Shown here: positions 42,593 through 52,518 of the stretch, in pieces
How positions within the stretch are numbered: the stretch's first letter is position 1
Layout of the letters: the number at the start of each line of letters is the position of its first letter
DNA from: an uncultured Actinomycetota bacterium
GTDB lineage: Bacteria; Actinomycetota; Actinomycetes; Mycobacteriales; Mycobacteriaceae
Length of the DNA stretch: 64,000 bases
Assembly: GCA_963766535.1 (NCBI GenBank)
Contig: CAVYAU010000011.1
Span: 149,998 to 213,997, forward strand
Reading direction: 5' to 3'
Made by a program: the position numbers and the translations under genes
Notes under the pieces: generated by a model
The model's database searches: none
Seen by the model: the letters and a program-made list of their open reading frames with translations, nothing else
What the model was told of the DNA's origin: nothing

Positions 42593-44056
42593 CTAGAAGT
42601 TCAGCCCTGAGAACATGACTCGATTAGGGTCGTACTTCTGCCGGACAGTCGTCAGCTGCGATAAGTTCGAGCCGAAGTAGCGCGCCGCCGAGGTGTTGGC
42701 CTCCAGGTAATTAACGTAGCCGCCGACCGAAAACTGTTGCACCGCTTGGTGTGCAGAACTCAGCCAGTTCGTCGCGGCGGACACCTGGTTGCTTTCGGGT
42801 TCGACGTACCACTGCAGGACCGCGGCCTGCTTTCGCCAGGGGAAGGCCGTGTCCCCCGGAGCCACGTCCCCGACTGCGCCGCTCAGCGGGTCGACGAGCA
42901 CCGACGCTTTTCCGGCCGTCGCGGGCCACTGCCCGATCGCAGTCGCGATGGCATGGGCCGCAGGGGTATTCATCGTGGAAATCACGTCGGATCCGGCCAC
43001 GATGCCGCGCGGTGCAGGTGTCGAGCTGCCGCCGGCCAGATACATCACCAGGTCCATATGGCTCAGCGTCTTGTTCTGAATTGCGCTGGGCTGCACATCA
43101 ACTGCGGATTTGATCGCGTCGGCGACTCCTGAGCCGGCGCCCGCCGGACAGGTCGCCAGCACGAGGCAGTTCGTCTGACCGGAGCCAACCGAGAGATCGA
43201 CCATCCCCCAGGTGTTTCGGTCTACCCCGCTCAGCCAGGACTGCCAGCCAACGAGCACCTGCACAGCCGACGACGGCGGGAAATCAAGCCGGACGACGTC
43301 GCTGTCGGCGGTTGCGAAGGTGGCGAACGTCATCGACGTTGTCACCCCGAAATTGCCGCCGCCGCCACCCTTAAGCGCCCAGAACAGATCCGGGTGGTCG
43401 TTGGCAGAAGCGGTAACCACGTCGCCGCTGGGCAACACCACGGTAGCCGCCTGCAGCGCGTCGCAAGTCAAGCCCGCATGCCGGGAATCGGCCCCTATCC
43501 CGCCGCCAAGCGCCAGCCCCCCGATGCCGACGGTCGGGCAGGTGCCGGTGGGGATCGCGCGGCCGGCGCCGGACAAAGCCTGATGCACCGCATACACATT
43601 CGTCGCCGGCGTTATCGCGACATTGCCGCTACCGCCGTCAAAGTTCGCTCCGCCAGGAAGCCCGCGTAGGTCGAGCACCATCGTGCCGGTGGCACTCGAC
43701 GCGCCGACATACGAATGCCCGCCGCCACGCGGGGCGATCTTGAGCTTGTTCGCCGCCGCGAACGAGACCGCCTTCTGCACATCCGCTTGCGATGAGACCG
43801 TCACCACCGCCGCCGGATTGGAGTTGTCGTAGAACGAATTGAAGACTTGCTTGCCGGTGGAGAACTGAGCGCCGTTGGCCGGCAACAGCACAGTGCCGCC
43901 GATGGAGGAGGCCAGACCGCCCCAGCCGCTACCCGGGTCCGCCGCTGCCCGCGTGGTCCCGAACACCGCCCCGGTCGCCAACATTCCGACGGCGCTGCGA
44001 AGAAACGTCTGGCGCGAGATCCCACGGTCCGGCAGACGGCTGCGATTCGTCGTCAT
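42593..44056 (-). CDS. Secreted FAD-linked oxidase (BBE / vanillyl-alcohol-oxidase-like)
   Basis: 487 aa. Tat-like N-terminus (GISRQTFLRSAVGMLATGAVFG), FAD-binding PCMH region (PRGGGHSYVGAS) and C-terminal BBE-like YVNYLE motif. Confidence 0.85.
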   Translation of the reverse strand: MTTNRSRLPDRGISRQTFLRSAVGMLATGAVFGTTRAAADPGSGWGGLASSIGGTVLLPANGAQFSTGKQVFNSFYDNSNPAAVVTVSSQADVQKAVSFAAANKLKIAPRGGGHSYVGASSATGTMVLDLRGLPGGANFDGGSGNVAITPATNVYAVHQALSGAGRAIPTGTCPTVGIGGLALGGGIGADSRHAGLTCDALQAATVVLPSGDVVTASANDHPDLFWALKGGGGGNFGVTTSMTFATFATADSDVVRLDFPPSSAVQVLVGWQSWLSGVDRNTWGMVDLSVGSGQTNCLVLATCPAGAGSGVADAIKSAVDVQPSAIQNKTLSHMDLVMYLAGGSSTPAPRGIVAGSDVISTMNTPAAHAIATAIGQWPATAGKASVLVDPLSGAVGDVAPGDTAFPWRKQAAVLQWYVEPESNQVSAATNWLSSAHQAVQQFSVGGYVNYLEANTSAARYFGSNLSQLTTVRQKYDPNRVMFSGLNF

Positions 44057-44336
44057 GGGCCGGATTCTTAACCATTCGGCCCCAGAAAATCCGGCGTCGG
44101 CACACGTGTCAGATCACAGTGTGGCGTCAATCGGTCCAAGATCCGTCAGGAGGCCGGCCGGTGCCGGTGTCCCATGGGGCCGCCTAATAATCGACGTCCC
44201 GGGCGCACGCCCCTTACGAAACGCTTATTGTGCAAACCTTTATCCCACTGTGTTGTAAATGTGACAGTTGTGCATCAAGGTTCCTAGAGTGATTCGAGTG
44301 CCCTGAGAGCACTCCGCGACAGATGGGGAAGCTGTC

Positions 44337-44753
44337 ATGAAAGCGCTGCGAAGAACTCACCATTGGATCTGGCTGTTTCGCCATCAGCCCCTGACCATTC
44401 GCTTGCTGGCCGCAGCCGCCGGCCTGCTCACCGCGGCTGCGGCATTCGCAGCGCCAGCCCAGGCAGACCCGGCCGACGACAACTTCATCGACGCGCTGAA
44501 CCACGCCGGCGTCGACTTCGGCGAACCAGGAAACGCGATTGGAGTGGGCCAGTCCATCTGCCCGATGCTCGCCCAGCCAGGCGGCAGCTTCGCCGCTGCC
44601 GCGTCGAGCGTCAGCCACAGGGGCATGTCGCCGGGAATGGCCCAGATGTTCACCACCATCGCAATTCAGATGTACTGCCCGTCCATGATGGCAAACATAG
44701 CCAGCGGCAACCTATCTGGTCTGCCGCAAATCCCTGGAATGCCAGGGGTTTAG
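44337..44753 (+). CDS. DUF732 secreted protein (Rv3354-like)
   Basis: Signal peptide ending AAPAQA|DP, then DDNFIDALNHAGVDF ... SICPML ... QMYCPS, the DUF732 two-Cys pattern. Confidence 0.8.
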   Translation: MKALRRTHHWIWLFRHQPLTIRLLAAAAGLLTAAAAFAAPAQADPADDNFIDALNHAGVDFGEPGNAIGVGQSICPMLAQPGGSFAAAASSVSHRGMSPGMAQMFTTIAIQMYCPSMMANIASGNLSGLPQIPGMPGV

Positions 44754-45055
44754 CCCGTACCCAAGGGGTCGATGGTCGACGCGATATAGACCATCGCCGC
44801 CCCGACCGTAGCGGTGGTCACGAAGTCAATGCCCTTGCTGCGCACCGCCAAAAGGCCGGCCCGCTCGTCGGGCAACACCAACCGCAGTACCGCCGCCACG
44901 CCAACACCGATACCGATCAGCAGGGCACCACGACGCCAGAAGTTGGCCCCCGCCAGCACGAACGCCGTTGCGAAGATCAGCCCAACCAGCAGGATCGGCC
45001 ACTGGGCCCGCAGCACGGTCCTGGCAAAGCCCCGCCGAATGGCCCGTGTGCTCAT
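44750..45055 (-). CDS. Small integral membrane protein (Rv3355c / DUF3017-like)
   Basis: ATG at 45053-45055 overlaps the folD stop. 101 aa with three predicted TM helices. The longer 45331 ORF is antisense-type Arg-rich sequence. Confidence 0.7.
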   Translation of the reverse strand: MSTRAIRRGFARTVLRAQWPILLVGLIFATAFVLAGANFWRRGALLIGIGVGVAAVLRLVLPDERAGLLAVRSKGIDFVTTATVGAAMVYIASTIDPLGTG

Positions 45056-45897
45056 CGCTGCTCGGCCAGCTCGACGACGTTGGTCAGTAGGAACGCTCGG
45101 GTCAACGGGCCCACGCCACCGGGATTCGGTGACACGTGGCCGGCCACCTCCCACACCTCCGGATGCACATCGCCCACCAGTCCATTCTCGGTGCGGCTGA
45201 CGCCCACGTCGACGACCGCGGCGCCGGGACGCACCATGTCGGCGGTCAGCAGGTGCGGCACACCCACGGCGGCCACGATGATGTCCGCCTGCCGGGTCAA
45301 CGCAGGCAGGTCGCGAGTTCCGGTGTGGCACAACGTTACCGTGGCGTTCTCGGAGCGCCGGGTCAGCAGCAGCCCCAACGGCCGACCGACCGTCACACCA
45401 CGGCCGATGATGACCACGTGTGCCCCGGCGATCTCGACGTCGTAGCGCCGCAACAGGTGCACGATGCCGCGCGCGGTACAGGGCAGCGGCGCCGGGGTGC
45501 TGAGCACCAGCCGGCCCAGGTTGGTCGGGTGCAGCCCGTCGGCGTCCTTGTCCGGGTCGACGCGCTCCAGTGCCGCGTTCTCGTCAAGATGCTTGGGTAG
45601 CGGCAACTGGACGATGTAACCGGTGCAGTCGGGGTTGCCGTTCAGCTCGTCGATGGTCTTTTCGAGCTCAGCAGTGCTGATGTCGGCGGGCAGATCGCGG
45701 CGGATCGACGTGATGCCGACCTTGGCGCAGTCGGCGTGCTTACCGCGAACGTAGGCCTGCGACCCGGGATCGTCACCAACCAGGATGGTGCCCAGTCCGG
45801 GTGTGCGACCCGATGCGGTCAATGCGGCCACCCGTTGCTTCAGGTCGACGAAGATCTCGTCGCGGGTGGCCTTGCCGTCCAGCGTGATCGCGCCCAC
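45052..45897 (-). CDS. folD: Bifunctional methylenetetrahydrofolate dehydrogenase / methenyl-THF cyclohydrolase
   Basis: GTG at 45895-45897 gives a 281-aa product [16 protein letters not shown]...[14 protein letters not shown]...[12 protein letters not shown]...[10 protein letters not shown]. Confidence 0.95.
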   Translation of the reverse strand: MGAITLDGKATRDEIFVDLKQRVAALTASGRTPGLGTILVGDDPGSQAYVRGKHADCAKVGITSIRRDLPADISTAELEKTIDELNGNPDCTGYIVQLPLPKHLDENAALERVDPDKDADGLHPTNLGRLVLSTPAPLPCTARGIVHLLRRYDVEIAGAHVVIIGRGVTVGRPLGLLLTRRSENATVTLCHTGTRDLPALTRQADIIVAAVGVPHLLTADMVRPGAAVVDVGVSRTENGLVGDVHPEVWEVAGHVSPNPGGVGPLTRAFLLTNVVELAEQR

Positions 45898-45936
45898 GCC
45901 TGACAGTCTGGCACGCCCGCCGCGTAGGCTCCCGAT

Positions 45937-47145
45937 ATGTCTACCGCTCCGGACGTGTTGGCGCCGGCCAAGCTCGGCCCAATAACGCTGCGTAACCGCA
46001 TCATCAAGGCCGCCACGTTCGAAGCGCGCACACCCAACGCGCTGGTGACCGATGACCTGATCGAGTACCACCGGCTGCCCGCCGCCGGCGGGGTCGGCAT
46101 GACGACCGTCGCCTATTGCGCGGTCTCCCCGGGCGGCCGCACCGGTGGCAATCAGATCTGGATGCGCCCGGAGGCGGTGCCCGGGCTGCGCCGGCTCACC
46201 GAGGCGATCCACGCCGAGGGCGCCGCGGTGAGCGCGCAGATCGGTCACGCCGGCCCGGTGGCCGATGCCCGCTCCAACGAGGCGACCGCCCTGGCGCCGG
46301 TGCGGTTCTTCAATCCGATCGCGATGCGGTTCGCCAAGAAGGCGACCCGCGATGACATCGACGACGTGCTGGCAGCGCACGCCAACGCCGCCTTGCTCGC
46401 CATCGACGCCGGCTTTGATGCGGTCGAAATCCATTTGGGCCACAACTATTTGGCGAGTTCGTTTCTGTCTCCGCTGATCAATCGTCGCGACGACGAGTTC
46501 GGCGGATCGCTTCAGAACCGGGCCAAGGTGGCCCGCGGGCTGGTGATGGCCGTTCGCCGCGCCGTCGACATGCAGGGAGCGGGAAAGGTGGCGGTCACCG
46601 CGAAGCTCAACATGGCCGACGGCGTCCGTGGCGGCATCACCACCGAGGAGGCGCTGACCACCGCCAAATGGCTGCAGGACGATGGCGGGCTGGACGCGAT
46701 CGAACTCACCGCGGGCAGCTCGCTGGTCAACCCGATGTATTTGTTCCGCGGCGATGCACCGATCAAGGAGTTCGCCGGTGCTTTCAAACCGCCGCTGCGC
46801 TGGGGCATCCGCATGACGGGCAAGAAATTTCTCCGCGAGTACCCCTACCGCGACGCCTATCTATTACGCGACGCCAAGCTGTTCCGCGCCGAGCTGACGA
46901 TGCCGCTGATACTGCTCGGCGGTATCACCAACCGGGAAACGATGGACCTGGCGATGGCGGAGGGATTCCAGTTCGTCGCGATGGCCCGGGCTCTGCTGGC
47001 CGAGCCTGACTTGATCAATCGGATCGCTGCCGACGGCGCACAGCACAGCGTGCATTCGGCCTGTACGCACTGCAATCAGTGCATGCCCACGATCTACAGC
47101 CGTACCCGCTGCGTCGTAACCGGCGCGCCTGACGCAACAGGGTGA
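45937..47145 (+). CDS. NADH:flavin oxidoreductase, old yellow enzyme family (Rv3359-like)
   Basis: 402 aa TIM-barrel OYE pattern: [41 protein letters not shown]. Confidence 0.9.
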   Translation: MSTAPDVLAPAKLGPITLRNRIIKAATFEARTPNALVTDDLIEYHRLPAAGGVGMTTVAYCAVSPGGRTGGNQIWMRPEAVPGLRRLTEAIHAEGAAVSAQIGHAGPVADARSNEATALAPVRFFNPIAMRFAKKATRDDIDDVLAAHANAALLAIDAGFDAVEIHLGHNYLASSFLSPLINRRDDEFGGSLQNRAKVARGLVMAVRRAVDMQGAGKVAVTAKLNMADGVRGGITTEEALTTAKWLQDDGGLDAIELTAGSSLVNPMYLFRGDAPIKEFAGAFKPPLRWGIRMTGKKFLREYPYRDAYLLRDAKLFRAELTMPLILLGGITNRETMDLAMAEGFQFVAMARALLAEPDLINRIAADGAQHSVHSACTHCNQCMPTIYSRTRCVVTGAPDATG

Positions 47146-49850
47146 CAGGAGATCTGCAAGCTACAGTTGTGACAATGACTGCACCAGCCCCGCCAGTGTT
47201 GACCGTTCGCCACGACGGATCCGAACGTACCTTCGCCGCGGGTCATGACGTGGTGGTCGGGCGCGATCTCCGGGCCGACATGCGCATCACGCACCCGCTG
47301 ATTTCGCGTGCCCATCTGTTGCTGCGCTTCGACCAGGGCCGGTGGCTGGCGATCGACAACGGTTCGCTCAACGGGACTTTCGTCAACGGCCGGCGAGTGC
47401 CGGTGGTCGATATCCACGACGGCCAGAGCATCAACATCGGGAATCCCGACGGACCGTTGCTGACGTTCGAGGTTGGGCGTCACCGTGGGATGGCCGGGCG
47501 CCCACCTCAGACCGAGTCGATGGGCATCCCCGTGGCGGCTCAGCCATCCGGAACGCCTTGGCCGGTTTCGCAGGCATCGGGGCAACCAGCTCCTCCGGTC
47601 GCGGCTCCACCCGGCCCACCTGGACGCCAGCCGAACTGGGCCTCGCCAGCACCGCCGCGACCCTATCCCGGCGCACCCGGGCAGCGGCCGGGACCACCAG
47701 GGCAACCCGTGTATCCGCCCAGCGGTGGGGCGCGGCCACCTGCGTATCCGACCAGCGCGCCGCCCAATTTCCATCCCCATCCGCAGATGTCCGGCGTGGG
47801 GTCTGTGGGGTCCTCGTATGCGGCACCGCACACCCAGATGTCGCCCGGCGTCACCAAGCCGCCAGAGGTGGCGAATCTGGCGACGAAGATGTTCCAGGCC
47901 TTGTTGCCTTCTCGGTCCGGGGCGCTGCAGAAGCCGGCTGGGGCGGTCACGATCGGCCGGTCCACGGACAACGACATCGTCATCCAGGACGTCCTGGCAT
48001 CACGCCACCACGCGTTTTTGACCCAGACACCGCTGGGCACCGAGATCCGCGACGCACACAGCGTCAACGGGACCTTCGTCAATGGTGTCCGGGTCGGGTC
48101 GGCGGTGTTGACCGAAGGCGACGTGGTCACCATCGGAAACGTCGACCTGGTGTTCACCCGCGACACCCTGGTCCGTCGTACTGAAGCGGCGACACGCACC
48201 GGCGGCCTGGAGGTGAACTCGGTCTGCTTCACCGTCGACCATGGAAAGCAGCTGCTCGACCACATCTCGCTGACCGCTCGTCCCGGGACGCTCACCGCCA
48301 TCATCGGTGGGTCCGGCGCAGGCAAGACCACGCTGTCTCGGCTGATCGCCGGATACACTAGTCCCAGCACTGGCACGGTGACGTTCGAGGGCCACAACAT
48401 CCACACCGAGTACGCGTCCATGCGCAGCAGGATCGGAATGGTCCCGCAGGACGACGTCGTACACCGCCAGCTGACGGTCAACCAGGCCCTTGGGTACGCG
48501 GCCGAACTCCGGCTGCCGCCCGACACCAGCAAACAGGACCGAGAGGAGGTCGTCGCTCAGGTCCTCGAGGAACTCGAGCTGACCAAGCACGCCGATACCC
48601 GTGTCGACAAGCTGTCCGGCGGCCAGCGCAAACGCGCCTCGGTGGCACTCGAGCTGATCACCGGGCCGTCGCTGCTGATCCTCGACGAGCCGACCACGGG
48701 CCTTGACCCGGCGCTGGACCGTCAAGTGATGATGATGCTGCGCCAGCTCGCTGATGCCGGCCGCGTGGTGCTGATTGTCACGCACTCGGTGTCCTACCTC
48801 GACGTCTGCGATCAGCTGCTGCTGGTGGCACCCGGCGGCAAGACGGCATTCCTGGGCCCGCCCAGCCAGATCGGTGCGGCCATGGGAACCACCAACTGGG
48901 CCGACATCTTCGCGAAGGTGGGAGCCGACCCGGACGAGGCCAATCGCCGCTTCCTGGCCGAAAACAAGCCGCCGGTGGCTGCTCCGTCCGAATCCAGGCC
49001 GGCCGACTTGGGCGAGCCGGTCCACACCGACGTTCGTCGCCAGTTCTCTACGATTGCGCGCCGCCAGATTCGGCTGGTGCTCTCCGACCGCGGGTACACG
49101 GTGTTCCTGGCACTGTTGCCGTTCCTTATCGGTGTCCTCACCCTGACCGTTCGCGGCAAGACCGGGTTGGGCATTGCTGACCCAATGAGTAGCAACCCCG
49201 ACCAACCGGGGCAGATCCTGGTGATGCTCAATGTCGGCGCCATCTTCATGGGTAGCGCGCTGACGATCCGTGACCTCATCGGCGAGCGTCCCATCTTCCG
49301 GCGCGAACAGGCAGTCGGCCTATCGACGGGGGCCTACCTCGGCGCCAAGATCGCGGTGTTCTGCGGGTTCGCGATCATCCAGGCAGCGATCGCGACGATC
49401 ATCACGATTGTGGGCTGGGGCGCTCCGCCTACCGACGCCGTGATGCTTGGCAGTGTCAGCTTCGAGCTGTTCGTCACGGTCGCCGCGACATGTGTGGCTT
49501 CGGCGATTCTCGGGATGGCCCTGTCGGCGATCGCCCAATCGCAAGACCAGATCATGCCGCTATTGGTGGTGTCGATCATGTCGCAGCTGGTGTTCTCCGG
49601 CGGGATGATCTGGGTGACCGACCGGTTCCTGCTCGACCAGTTGTCGTGGGGGACGCCCGCGCGGTGGGGCTATGCGGCATCGGCGTCGACCATCAACATC
49701 GACAAGCTGGTACCCGGTCCTACCAGTCCGAAGGACCAGCACTGGGCGCACAAGCCGAGCGCATGGCTGTTCGACATGGCGATGCTCGGGGTGTTGTGCG
49801 TGGCCTATAGCGCCATCGTGTGGTGGAAGATCCGGCTCAAGCGGCACTGA
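47142..49850 (+). CDS. FHA-FHA-ABC transporter (fused ATPase plus ABC-2 permease), Rv1747-like, copy 1
   Basis: 902 aa, comprising:
- FHA1: GRDLRAD...SRAHLLL...SLNGTFVNG
- a Pro-rich linker of about 150 aa
- FHA2: IGRSTDNDIVI...SRHHAFL...SVNGTFVNG
- ATPase motifs: Walker A GGSGAGKTT, signature LSGGQRKR, Walker B LLILDEPT
- six C-terminal TM helices
GTG 47142 overlaps the upstream stop (GTGA); ATG 47175 is an alternative start. Confidence 0.9.
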   Translation: MTGDLQATVVTMTAPAPPVLTVRHDGSERTFAAGHDVVVGRDLRADMRITHPLISRAHLLLRFDQGRWLAIDNGSLNGTFVNGRRVPVVDIHDGQSINIGNPDGPLLTFEVGRHRGMAGRPPQTESMGIPVAAQPSGTPWPVSQASGQPAPPVAAPPGPPGRQPNWASPAPPRPYPGAPGQRPGPPGQPVYPPSGGARPPAYPTSAPPNFHPHPQMSGVGSVGSSYAAPHTQMSPGVTKPPEVANLATKMFQALLPSRSGALQKPAGAVTIGRSTDNDIVIQDVLASRHHAFLTQTPLGTEIRDAHSVNGTFVNGVRVGSAVLTEGDVVTIGNVDLVFTRDTLVRRTEAATRTGGLEVNSVCFTVDHGKQLLDHISLTARPGTLTAIIGGSGAGKTTLSRLIAGYTSPSTGTVTFEGHNIHTEYASMRSRIGMVPQDDVVHRQLTVNQALGYAAELRLPPDTSKQDREEVVAQVLEELELTKHADTRVDKLSGGQRKRASVALELITGPSLLILDEPTTGLDPALDRQVMMMLRQLADAGRVVLIVTHSVSYLDVCDQLLLVAPGGKTAFLGPPSQIGAAMGTTNWADIFAKVGADPDEANRRFLAENKPPVAAPSESRPADLGEPVHTDVRRQFSTIARRQIRLVLSDRGYTVFLALLPFLIGVLTLTVRGKTGLGIADPMSSNPDQPGQILVMLNVGAIFMGSALTIRDLIGERPIFRREQAVGLSTGAYLGAKIAVFCGFAIIQAAIATIITIVGWGAPPTDAVMLGSVSFELFVTVAATCVASAILGMALSAIAQSQDQIMPLLVVSIMSQLVFSGGMIWVTDRFLLDQLSWGTPARWGYAASASTINIDKLVPGPTSPKDQHWAHKPSAWLFDMAMLGVLCVAYSAIVWWKIRLKRH

Positions 49851-49896
49851 GCGAAGCGCGGCAACAACCTGTACTGGGGAATCGACTGAAGAACCG

Positions 49897-52518
49897 ATGA
49901 ATCGACCTGCGCAGCCCGTGCTGACCGTTCGGTCTGACCGATCGGAAGGCCGCTTCGCGGCGGGCCGCGACGTGGTCGTCGGGAGTGACCTGCGCGCCGA
50001 CCTGCGCGTGGCGCACCCGTTGATCGCCCGCGCGCACCTGTTACTGCGCTTCGATCACGGCAGGTGGATCGCGGTCGACAACAATTCGCTGAACGGGGTG
50101 TTCGTCGACGGCCAGCGGGTGCCGATGGTCGACATCCATGACGGCCAGACCATCAACATCGGCAAGCCCGACGGACCGCGGGTCACCTTCGAAGTCGGCC
50201 ACCACACCGGGAGTGTCGGTATGCTTCCGCCGACGACGGAGTCGATCCCAATCATTGTGCCGCCCAGCGGCTCGCAACCGGTGCGTCTGGAGCCCACGCC
50301 TCCGCCGGGCCCGCCGGGCACCTCCCGGAGCCCCGTGTCGCGACCGCAACCCGCCCCACCCCGGCAACCTCCGCCACCCGCCCAAGCCAAGCCGCGAATA
50401 CATCGGCCCGGCGACTCGCAGCGCACCACTGCTGTTCCGATCGTCCCGCCGGCCGCTGCGACCCAGGGCGTGCCCCAAGATGGGATGAGGTCAGAGCCTC
50501 CGTCAGAGTTGAATCCACCCACCCAGATGGGCCTGAGCGGCGAGGTGGCGGAGTTCCCGACCACGAGGGTGAAAGCCCTGGAACCGGGATCCGATTCGAC
50601 GCCACGCGCTGGCGGCGCCGCCTGGATCGGTCGCGCACTCGACAACGACATCGTCATCCACGATGTGTTGGCGTCGCGTCATCACGCGTTCTTGACCGCG
50701 ACGCCAATAGGCACCGAGATCCGCGACGCGCAGAGCATCAACGGGACATTCGTCAACGGGATCCGGGTCGGGTCCGCGATGCTGACCGAGGGCGACGTGG
50801 TCACCATCGGCAACGTCGACCTGGTGTTCAACGGTGGTATCTTGGTCCGCCGCACCGAAGCGGCGACGCGCTCCGGCGGCCTGGAAGTCCGCGCGGTCGA
50901 CTTCAGCGTCAACGGGAAGAACCTGCTCGAGAGGGTCTCGATGACCGCCAGGCCCGGCACGCTGACCGCCATCATCGGCGGATCCGGCGCCGGGAAGACG
51001 ACGCTGTCGCGGCTGATCGCCGGATACGCCACCCCCACCTCCGGTGCGGTCACGTTCGAGGGCCACGACATCCACACCGAGTACGCGTCGTTGCGCACCA
51101 GGATCGGGATGGTTCCCCAGGACGACGTCGTACACCGCCAGCTGACGGTCAAGCAGGCGCTCGGCTATGCGGCCGAGCTACGGCTGCCACCCGATACCAG
51201 CAAGGCCGATCGAGAACAGGTCGTCGCCCAGGTCCTCGATGAGCTGGGGCTGACCCAGCATGCGGACACCCGGGTCGACAAGCTGTCCGGCGGACAGCGC
51301 AAACGCGCCTCGGTGGCGCTAGAGTTGCTCACCGGGCCGTCGCTGCTGATTCTCGACGAGCCGACCTCGGGTCTGGATCCGGCGCTGGACCTGCAAGTCA
51401 TGACGATGCTGCGGCAACTGGCCGACGCCGGTCGCGTGGTGCTGGTGGTCACCCACTCGCTGACCTACCTCGATGTCTGCGACCAGGTGCTGCTGATGGC
51501 ACCTGGCGGCAAGACGGCCTTCCTGGGCCCACCCGCCCAGATCGGCGAGGTCATGGGAACCACCAACTGGGCCCACATCTTCGCGAAAGTCGGCGCCGAC
51601 CCCGAGGAAGCCAATCGGCGCTTTTTGGCCCAGAACCAACCCCCGCCGCCCGCGCAAGAGGCGGCACCGGCCGATCTGGGCGCCCCGGCGCACACCAGCG
51701 TGCGCCGCCAGTTCTCCACGATCGCCCGCCGTCAGGTTCGTCTGGTCGTCTCCGACCGTGCGTACTTCGTGTTCCTGGCGCTGTTGCCGTTCGTCATGGG
51801 TGCGCTGTCGCTGACCGTTCCCGGCAACACCGGGTTCGGCTATGCCGACCCGAGTAGTGCTTCGGCAGGCGAAGCCGGGACGATATTGACGCTGCTCACC
51901 ATGGCCGCTGCCTTCATGGGTACCGCGCTGACGATTCGCGACCTCATCGGCGAGCGTCCCATCTTCCGACGAGAGCAGGCGGTCGGCCTGTCGACCATGG
52001 CGTATCTAATGGCCAAGATCGCTGTGTTCTGCGTGTTCGCCGTTGTTCAGGCAGCAATCGCGACCACCATCGTGATACTGGGCAAGGGCGCGCCGACTCG
52101 GCCAGCGGTGCTGCTCGGTAACGCCAGTCTCGAGCTGTTCGTCGCTGTCGCGGCGACCTGTGTGGCCGCGGCGATGCTCGGGCTGCTGCTGTCGTCGCTG
52201 GCCCGCTCCAATGAGCAGATCATGCCGCTGCTGGTGGTGTCTCTCATGATGCAGATGGTGCTCTCCGGCGGAATGGTGCCAGTCACCAACCGGATCTTTC
52301 TCGACCAGCTGTCCTGGGTGGTGCCCTCGCGGTGGGGGTACGCGGCGTCGGCGTCGACGGTCGATTTGTGGACGGTGGCGCCTGGTCCGCAAAGTCCCAG
52401 GGACAGCCACTTCCAGCACACGTCCGGCACCTGGCTATTCGACATGGCCATGCTCGCGGCGTTGTCGGTGTTCTATGCCGGCATCGTGTGGTGGCGAACA
52501 CGGCTCAAGCGCCGGTGA
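49897..52518 (+). CDS. FHA-FHA-ABC transporter (fused ATPase plus ABC-2 permease), Rv1747-like, copy 2
   Basis: ATG at 49897 gives an 873-aa protein with the same architecture as copy 1, roughly 70% identical by eye. The linker sequence differs (PPGPPGTSRSPVSRPQPAPPRQPPPPAQAKP). Walker A GGSGAGKTT, LSGGQRKR, LLILDEPT, six TM helices. Confidence 0.9.
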   Translation: MNRPAQPVLTVRSDRSEGRFAAGRDVVVGSDLRADLRVAHPLIARAHLLLRFDHGRWIAVDNNSLNGVFVDGQRVPMVDIHDGQTINIGKPDGPRVTFEVGHHTGSVGMLPPTTESIPIIVPPSGSQPVRLEPTPPPGPPGTSRSPVSRPQPAPPRQPPPPAQAKPRIHRPGDSQRTTAVPIVPPAAATQGVPQDGMRSEPPSELNPPTQMGLSGEVAEFPTTRVKALEPGSDSTPRAGGAAWIGRALDNDIVIHDVLASRHHAFLTATPIGTEIRDAQSINGTFVNGIRVGSAMLTEGDVVTIGNVDLVFNGGILVRRTEAATRSGGLEVRAVDFSVNGKNLLERVSMTARPGTLTAIIGGSGAGKTTLSRLIAGYATPTSGAVTFEGHDIHTEYASLRTRIGMVPQDDVVHRQLTVKQALGYAAELRLPPDTSKADREQVVAQVLDELGLTQHADTRVDKLSGGQRKRASVALELLTGPSLLILDEPTSGLDPALDLQVMTMLRQLADAGRVVLVVTHSLTYLDVCDQVLLMAPGGKTAFLGPPAQIGEVMGTTNWAHIFAKVGADPEEANRRFLAQNQPPPPAQEAAPADLGAPAHTSVRRQFSTIARRQVRLVVSDRAYFVFLALLPFVMGALSLTVPGNTGFGYADPSSASAGEAGTILTLLTMAAAFMGTALTIRDLIGERPIFRREQAVGLSTMAYLMAKIAVFCVFAVVQAAIATTIVILGKGAPTRPAVLLGNASLELFVAVAATCVAAAMLGLLLSSLARSNEQIMPLLVVSLMMQMVLSGGMVPVTNRIFLDQLSWVVPSRWGYAASASTVDLWTVAPGPQSPRDSHFQHTSGTWLFDMAMLAALSVFYAGIVWWRTRLKRR

